Source: Eledone cirrhosa
Taxonomy: Eukaryota
NCBI GenBank assembly: GCA_964016885.1
Contig: OZ024740.1
Location: 170,996,001-171,060,000, forward strand
Reading direction: 5' to 3'
Length of the DNA: 64,000 bases
Below, piece after piece: positions 58,144-64,000 of this stretch. Both the position numbers and the translations under genes were made by a program. Each line of letters begins with the position of its first letter. The stretch's first letter is position 1. Under the pieces are notes generated by a model. The model worked only from the letters and a program-made list of their open reading frames with translations. It searched no databases and was not told where the DNA came from.

Positions 58144-58385
58144 TTATAATTGAATATAAAAGAAAAACGAACACAGATATATACATATATGTGTTCAAAT
58201 CGCAAGGGACCAGGTTCGCTAAGGTGAAAAGAATACCAACTATAGACAATAGGGTTTGCCTGTCTCAATTTAAGAAAAAATCAAGAAAATAAATACAAAC
58301 CGGAATTGTGGTAACTACCAATCACCCAATATATCTTTCTTAGAGCTATTTTATTGTAAGAGACTATTTTGAGTTCCTAACTCTA
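58144..58385 (-). mobile_element. Second copy of the 3064-3802 element (inverted 3532-3718 joined to direct 3219-3275)
   Basis: Near-identical sequence; TA-flanked. Confidence 0.85.
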
Positions 58386-59672
58386 TATATATATATATCA
58401 AAGTATAGCTATAAAACATATAAAACAAGACTTCTTTTGCCAAAAATTAGAATATTATGATTGTTATTAAATATATTTCTTTTTCTTCGTGAGTTCCTAA
58501 TGTTTTACAGGTCGACATAAATTGATGTTGAAATCTTAGCTTCGCGTCTTCTATAGGTCTACTGTCATGTATTTTTACTTTTCATTAAATGTATTGCTTG
58601 GGTGCTCTGGGACCCTCAAATGTTGTCTAACCTAGGAACTTTGGTTTGAATCTGGCACTTTTGACTAAGTTCACCCTTCTCCGAATTAGACCATAGCTGA
58701 ATCCTTCAAGAGAGAACGAGAAAGAAAGTGAAGAATACTTTTTTTCTTTTGAACTCAAAATGGTGAAAGATAACATTTCTACCGTTAGGATTTGAATCCA
58801 GAACTCTGAGAACAGGGAGGAATACCGTAATGCATTCTCACCGATCCTCTTCTACTCTGCCAACGTGATACCTTATGCAAAGTCTACTATATCACAAATA
58901 ATTATTTTTCTGCGCACATCACTAAATAATATGGTTGTATCAACGGGCTCGCTCAACTTGTATAGAAAAAGCAGCCAAAGTCTTCCTCAAAAGACATAAC
59001 AGTGGGAATACCTTTGATCAAAGGTTTCCTTGATCAGTGTTGACCTTTGGCTAAACAACAACATCAACAATGGCACTTCGGGAGAAAAAGAAATTAAAGT
59101 TGACATATGAGGGAAGATTCGAGCTTTGAATCTATAGAAAGGAAATATAGAATCTGACATTCTACTATTTCTACTAACCCACTAATCTCTAAGAATGCGA
59201 GAGTTTAGATCAGTGATTCCTAAATTAGGCACTACGGCTTGGAAGTTCAAGAGGAACAGTGGGAGAAAAATGGTGGTAGGGAGTCGTCGGAAAGCAAGAA
59301 GTACTGAAGAAAGAAACTAGGGAAAATACAAATGAGCAATTGCTCGTAAAACTGTCATCTTTAGTTATTTAATAAATACAGAAATGAAATTTTTTTAAAT
59401 TTCAAAAATTTTAAATTCAGTGCGAAATATGTAGGGGTGTACTGATGATGATATATATATATATATATATATATATTTAATAATCTCCCTATCGGTTGAG
59501 ATTAAATTTGGCGATATATGGCTGCGCTTTCTAGCAGCATGCCTACCCGCCGTAAGCGACCAATCACACGCTTTCTCTCTGGCTGGTACACAGCTACATA
59601 GCGATCTTAGCCATTTTTGAATTTAAATTTGGCGGGGTCTGTCCGAGAAATTAAATGTCTATTTCTGAGTTT

Positions 59673-59751
59673 GTCTCCTGATGATAATCCTGACTCGGGA
59701 CAGTCCATATTATTTGGATGTCCTAAACAAGGAAGAAACCATGGTCGAGAT
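59673..59751 (+). ncRNA. Type I HHR with extended stem II
   Basis: tctc CTGATGA ..tcct..ggaca.tcca/tggatgtcc..agga. GAAA ccatgg TC gaga. Confidence 0.75.
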
Positions 59752-60040
59752 GTAATTACGGTATGTGAGCATTTCTTCTAAGTTTAATTTTACTACTAAT
59801 TACGTGCGGTTGACGATATGTTTGATCGGATTCTGCATGCTGCCGAAGTGTTTGATAAATAATGGAACGGAGTTAACGCAAACTGGCTGCGGTCAATTAT
59901 TTGTCGGAGATTTCCCAGTTAGAAAATTTTACTCTTAAAGCTTGCTGGATTTGATTATGTATATGGTTAATTATGCTGATTAGAGGAAGAAATAGTATAT
60001 ATTTTAATATCTGATTGATTCTATAGACACGTTTTATGAT

Positions 60041-60096
<56 letters not shown>

Positions 60097-60259
60097 GGTT
60101 CTTAACCCCACTATCAGGCTAAATAATCTCTTTAGTCAAAATACGGCGATAGCTTACATTTATAATAATTTCAAACTCGCTCGCTGTTTCGAAAATATCC
60201 TTACTTGACATTACAGTCGCTAAGTTTATAGCTTCTAATTTGAATGAAAAAAGACGGAT

Positions 60260-60331
60260 GATGTGTTGGTGTTAATGGTAACACAGTGGTCCGGATAACC
60301 AAAGATGTGGATTCGACTCCCATGTACGTCA
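60260..60331 (+). pseudogene. tRNA-like cloverleaf within a 262-bp partial tandem unit
   Basis: 72 nt: gatgtgt/gtacgtc acceptor, gtgt/acac D-stem, tggt/acca anticodon stem and a ttcgact T-loop. Confidence 0.6.
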
Positions 60332-60784
60332 ATACTCATCTGTTTCCCCTTCTCCGAGGGTCCTTAACCCCACAATCAGGCTAAATAATTTCTTTAGTCA
60401 AAATACGTTGATAACTTACATTTCTAATAATTTCAAACCCGCTCGCTGTTTCGAAAATATTCTTACATATATATATATATATTTAAGGAGCAGTTGTCAA
60501 AAGATTTTGGGAATCACTGGGCTATATGGATTATGGTTTCAATAGTTCATTTTTTGTTGCGTAACGGTGAATAACGAGATCAGCAGATTAACTCCAAGGA
60601 TAGCTCAGTAAACAATTGGTACGTATTTTATCAATCCAGAGGTGAAAAACAAAGTCGACCAGTAGTGCATTTTAGGCACAAAATCAAGTGGGACTGGATG
60701 AGATGTAAGCGGTAGAGAAAGACAAGTGTAATATTAGGTCAGAATCGTAAGTAAATTAGAACTAGAAGTGAAGTCATTCCTTTC

Positions 60785-60848
<64 letters not shown>

Positions 60849-60967
60849 TTATAACGGCGATGAATTAGTTTTGCGAGGTTTTTTATATGAAATCGTGTGT
60901 CGAAACAGTGAGTGTGTTCTGTTATTAATTCTGGCAATATTACACAAATATGACCTTCCCCAAGTAT

Positions 60968-61081
<114 letters not shown>

Positions 61082-61198
61082 TTATATATGTATATATATA
61101 TATGCGTATATATATATGTGTGTGTGTGTATGTATATATATATATATGTATGTATATATATATATGTATGTGTATATATATATGTGTGTATATATATA

Positions 61199-61246
<48 letters not shown>

Positions 61247-61343
61247 ATGTATATATATGTGTGTGTGTGTGTATTTATGCAATATATATATATATATATA
61301 TATATATGATATATGATAAGGAGCAGGAGCGAATTATCAAAAT

Positions 61344-61380
<37 letters not shown>

Positions 61381-61834
61381 GTATGTGTGGGTATGTATGT
61401 GTGTGTACTTATATTTACCTACTAACAAACAAAACGAACAATTTATCGTTTACTAAGTGACATGAAAATTTAGCATTTGAAAGTACGTTAGCTTTTGTAT
61501 GGTTGACACAGCTGACAAAATTGAACAGAGACGCCAGCAGGAATCGAAAAACGGATGGCTGCGTTACCATTACAATAAAGTGCTCCACGCCACTTATCTG
61601 TCTTTTTATAAGCTTATCTCTCAGCCAAATATGTAAACAAACAAATCACTAATCGTTTACTGAGCGTCTTGCAAATTTGTAATTTGCTACAAAAAATATA
61701 TACTCATGTCTCTTCTGTTGGTGTATTCAATATGTATTCTTTCCATTTATTATTTCCGTTTACATATTTCACGTGGAAATTAAAGATAGCCTCCAGCTAT
61801 ATTTTAATTAGTTGTAGCATTGTTTAATAGTGAT

Positions 61835-62285
61835 AGCCCGTGGTTTGACAGTGCGGGTATTGAGCTCACGATCAAGAGGTAAAGAATTTGATTCCTGGAC
61901 TGGGTGTTGTGTTGTTTCCTAGGGTTGACACTTTATTTGACGTTGCTCCAGTCGACCCCACTGGGCGAATGAGTTGCACTATCACTATTGCTAAATTGTA
62001 TCGGCTTTTGTCTTTCTCTTGGATAACAACAATATCGTAGAGAGGGGAAACTGTCATACATGGGCGACTGCTAGTTTTCCACAAACCTTTACCTAGGCTT
62101 GCGCATTGCGAATTTTCCAAGTTCCAACGTCACTGGTGCCAAGCTGTATCGTCCATTGCCTTTCCCTCGACCAACATGCATGGGCGACTGTTGATCTTCC
62201 ACAAGCACACTTTGCTAAAGCTTGTGCCTCTGAGGTGAACTTACTGAGTACAAAATCATGGTAATTCGTGACCGAAGTGTAGCTA
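61835..62285 (+). mobile_element. tRNA-derived SINE (family 1 subtype) with internal duplication
   Basis: Similar to 2088-2432 (acgtcactggtgccaagctgtatcg). Confidence 0.7.
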
Positions 62286-62375
<90 letters not shown>

Positions 62376-62450
62376 GAAGGAAATGTGGTAAGGAACCAGA
62401 TGGACCATAACGCACCAAAGTACTCAATACTTAGGGTAGTAGAGTGGGTA

Positions 62451-62568
62451 ATAGGAACGAGTAGGACCCCGACGGCTGAGCCCATGCCGCTTCGACGGCT
62501 AATTCTGGAATTAGTCCAGAATTAACCGTCGAAACGGCTTGAGCTCAGCCGTCGGGGTCCTACTCGTT

Positions 62569-62573
<5 letters not shown>
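62451..62573. repeat. GC-rich hairpin: head-to-head fusion of two HHR 3' halves
   Basis: Arms of ~58 bp; GAAAC ggct-tgagctc-agcc GTC gggg on the plus strand. Confidence 0.7.
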
Positions 62574-62643
<70 letters not shown>

Positions 62644-63401
62644 GTATATATAAGTAGTTCCACAACATTTAGTTCACCATACCGAGAACAAATATTTCAC
62701 CTTATGCGGATCTTCAGTCCCAGCATCGCTCCTAGTTATTTGACCACAAGACTTAAGTCTATTCGGTTCGTTGAAACTTATTCTATTTTTTCCTCGGTTA
62801 CTCACTTGCATGTTCCATTGTCTTATGCCCCCCCACCCCCTCAATTTGGTTTATTTACATCGTTTTTTCCACTTTCCTTTTCTCTCTTCCTTATTTTTTT
62901 CTTTTCTTTCCCTCATGGCATTTTGATCATCCACAAAATGCCTTGGGCGTGCTGCTGATCGATTTCGATGTCCTGTTTTAAGCGCCGAAACATCGATGAT
63001 CGTAGTTAACAGCTGGTGAAGGGTTTCTCCTCTTGTTTACGTCAATATTATTATCTTACACTTTGTTTGCAGTAACCACACAGCCCGCTACGTTTTCTTG
63101 TAATTTCATATATATATATATATATATATATAGGCGCAGGCATGGAGTTAGCTTTTGAATCACATGGTCTGGGGTTCAATCACATTGTGTGGCACATTCA
63201 GCAACTATCTCATACAATAGCCACTGATTAACCAGAGAAAACTGTGAGTAAATGCTATCGTATGTTTATAAATGCCTGCATATATAACAGTATGGAAGAG
63301 AGAGAACCGGATTACCTCTTGACTTTAGGGTTTTTTACGTTTACTAGTACATAACCCGTTTTTTAAAGCAAAATATTCCAACGTATCACGTTTCTTCCCC
63401 A

Positions 63402-63455
<54 letters not shown>

Positions 63456-63480
63456 AGAGAGAGAGGGGGGGGGGAGAAAT

Positions 63481-63532
63481 GGCTTCTACAGGAGTTGAAC
63501 CGTTTCATTGGAAGGAAATCATCAGGAAAGCC
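63481..63532 (-). ncRNA. HHR, family C
   Basis: Minus strand: ggctttc CTGATGA tttccttccaat GAAAC ggttcaactcct GTA gaagcc. Confidence 0.6.
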
Positions 63533-63752
63533 GACTTGTGTTATGCAGTAGAATTTATGTTTACTGGTGGGTAGGGAAGGTGGTGCTTTTTAGGATGGGT
63601 AGCGGTCATTGGTTGATGTGTGTGTGTGTGCAGTTTGTTGAAGAAACCTGATATATTGGAATATTTCGCTTGTATGTGCATACATGTATGGTTGTGTATA
63701 TATATATATATATATATACACAACCATATATACATGTATGGATGTATGTATG

Positions 63753-63795
<43 letters not shown>

Positions 63796-63886
63796 ATGTG
63801 TAAAAGATAAACAGAAATAACAACACAATCGGTACAGTATATGGAAGGAATATGTTAGGTTAACGCTTGAAATAGCATGAAGAGGG

Positions 63887-63922
63887 TCTTAACGTTTCGG
63901 ACACTAGTCCTTCATCAGAAGA
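63887..63922 (-). ncRNA. Minimal HHR, family B (element 63798-63970)
   Basis: Minus strand: tctt CTGATGA a ggac-tagt-gtcc GAAAC GTT aaga. Confidence 0.8.
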
Positions 63923-64000
63923 AAGAATGAGAAATAAGATAGATTGAAGGGCGGGCGGGGTGGAAATTGGAAAAAATGTCTTTAGATAAAATAACAGGTC

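Larger units (their letters stand above)
59211..60519. mobile_element. hAT-like MITE hosting TA-flanked insertions
   Basis: TIR cagtgattcctaaa / tttgggaatcactg; degenerate 8-bp flanks gtttagat/ggctatat. Confidence 0.6.

Noticed and set aside
61420-61700. Two similar aaacaaacaaa...atcgtttact motifs as a forkhead enhancer
   Set aside because: Short AT-rich motifs that cannot be distinguished from chance or an old duplication without data.
62950-63030. GAAA catcgatg palindrome as an HHR
   Set aside because: No intact CTGANGA or cleavage triplet could be placed.

Overview
AT-rich eukaryotic repeat landscape with no recognisable host gene. Inference: an invertebrate genome, most like Octopus, judging from the extreme (TA)n/(CA)n/(ATAG)n microsatellite load and the tRNA-derived SINEs. 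Nearly all ORFs in the track are microsatellite translations. Real coding remnants are: a 5'-truncated Penelope-like element (PLE; RT + GIY-YIG, 6944-10517), a second PLE family GIY-YIG relic (51290-52558), Tx1-like, RTE and R4/Dong-like LINE fragments, and a Chapaev3-like transposase relic. There are also many SINEs and MITEs. The main hidden signal is about 27-30 type I hammerhead ribozyme (HHR) motifs, found by eye, from roughly ten or more sequence families. Nearly all sit in small non-coding elements wedged into (TA)n tracts, as head-to-head fold-backs and/or ~510-520 bp tandem monomers. This looks like a PLE-driven, TA-targeted retrozyme/pseudo-LTR system. One copy begins exactly at a predicted self-cleavage site, some families have non-canonical cores, and one similar tandem unit carries a tRNA cloverleaf instead of an HHR. 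Folds and coordinates were read manually, and none has been computationally or experimentally verified.
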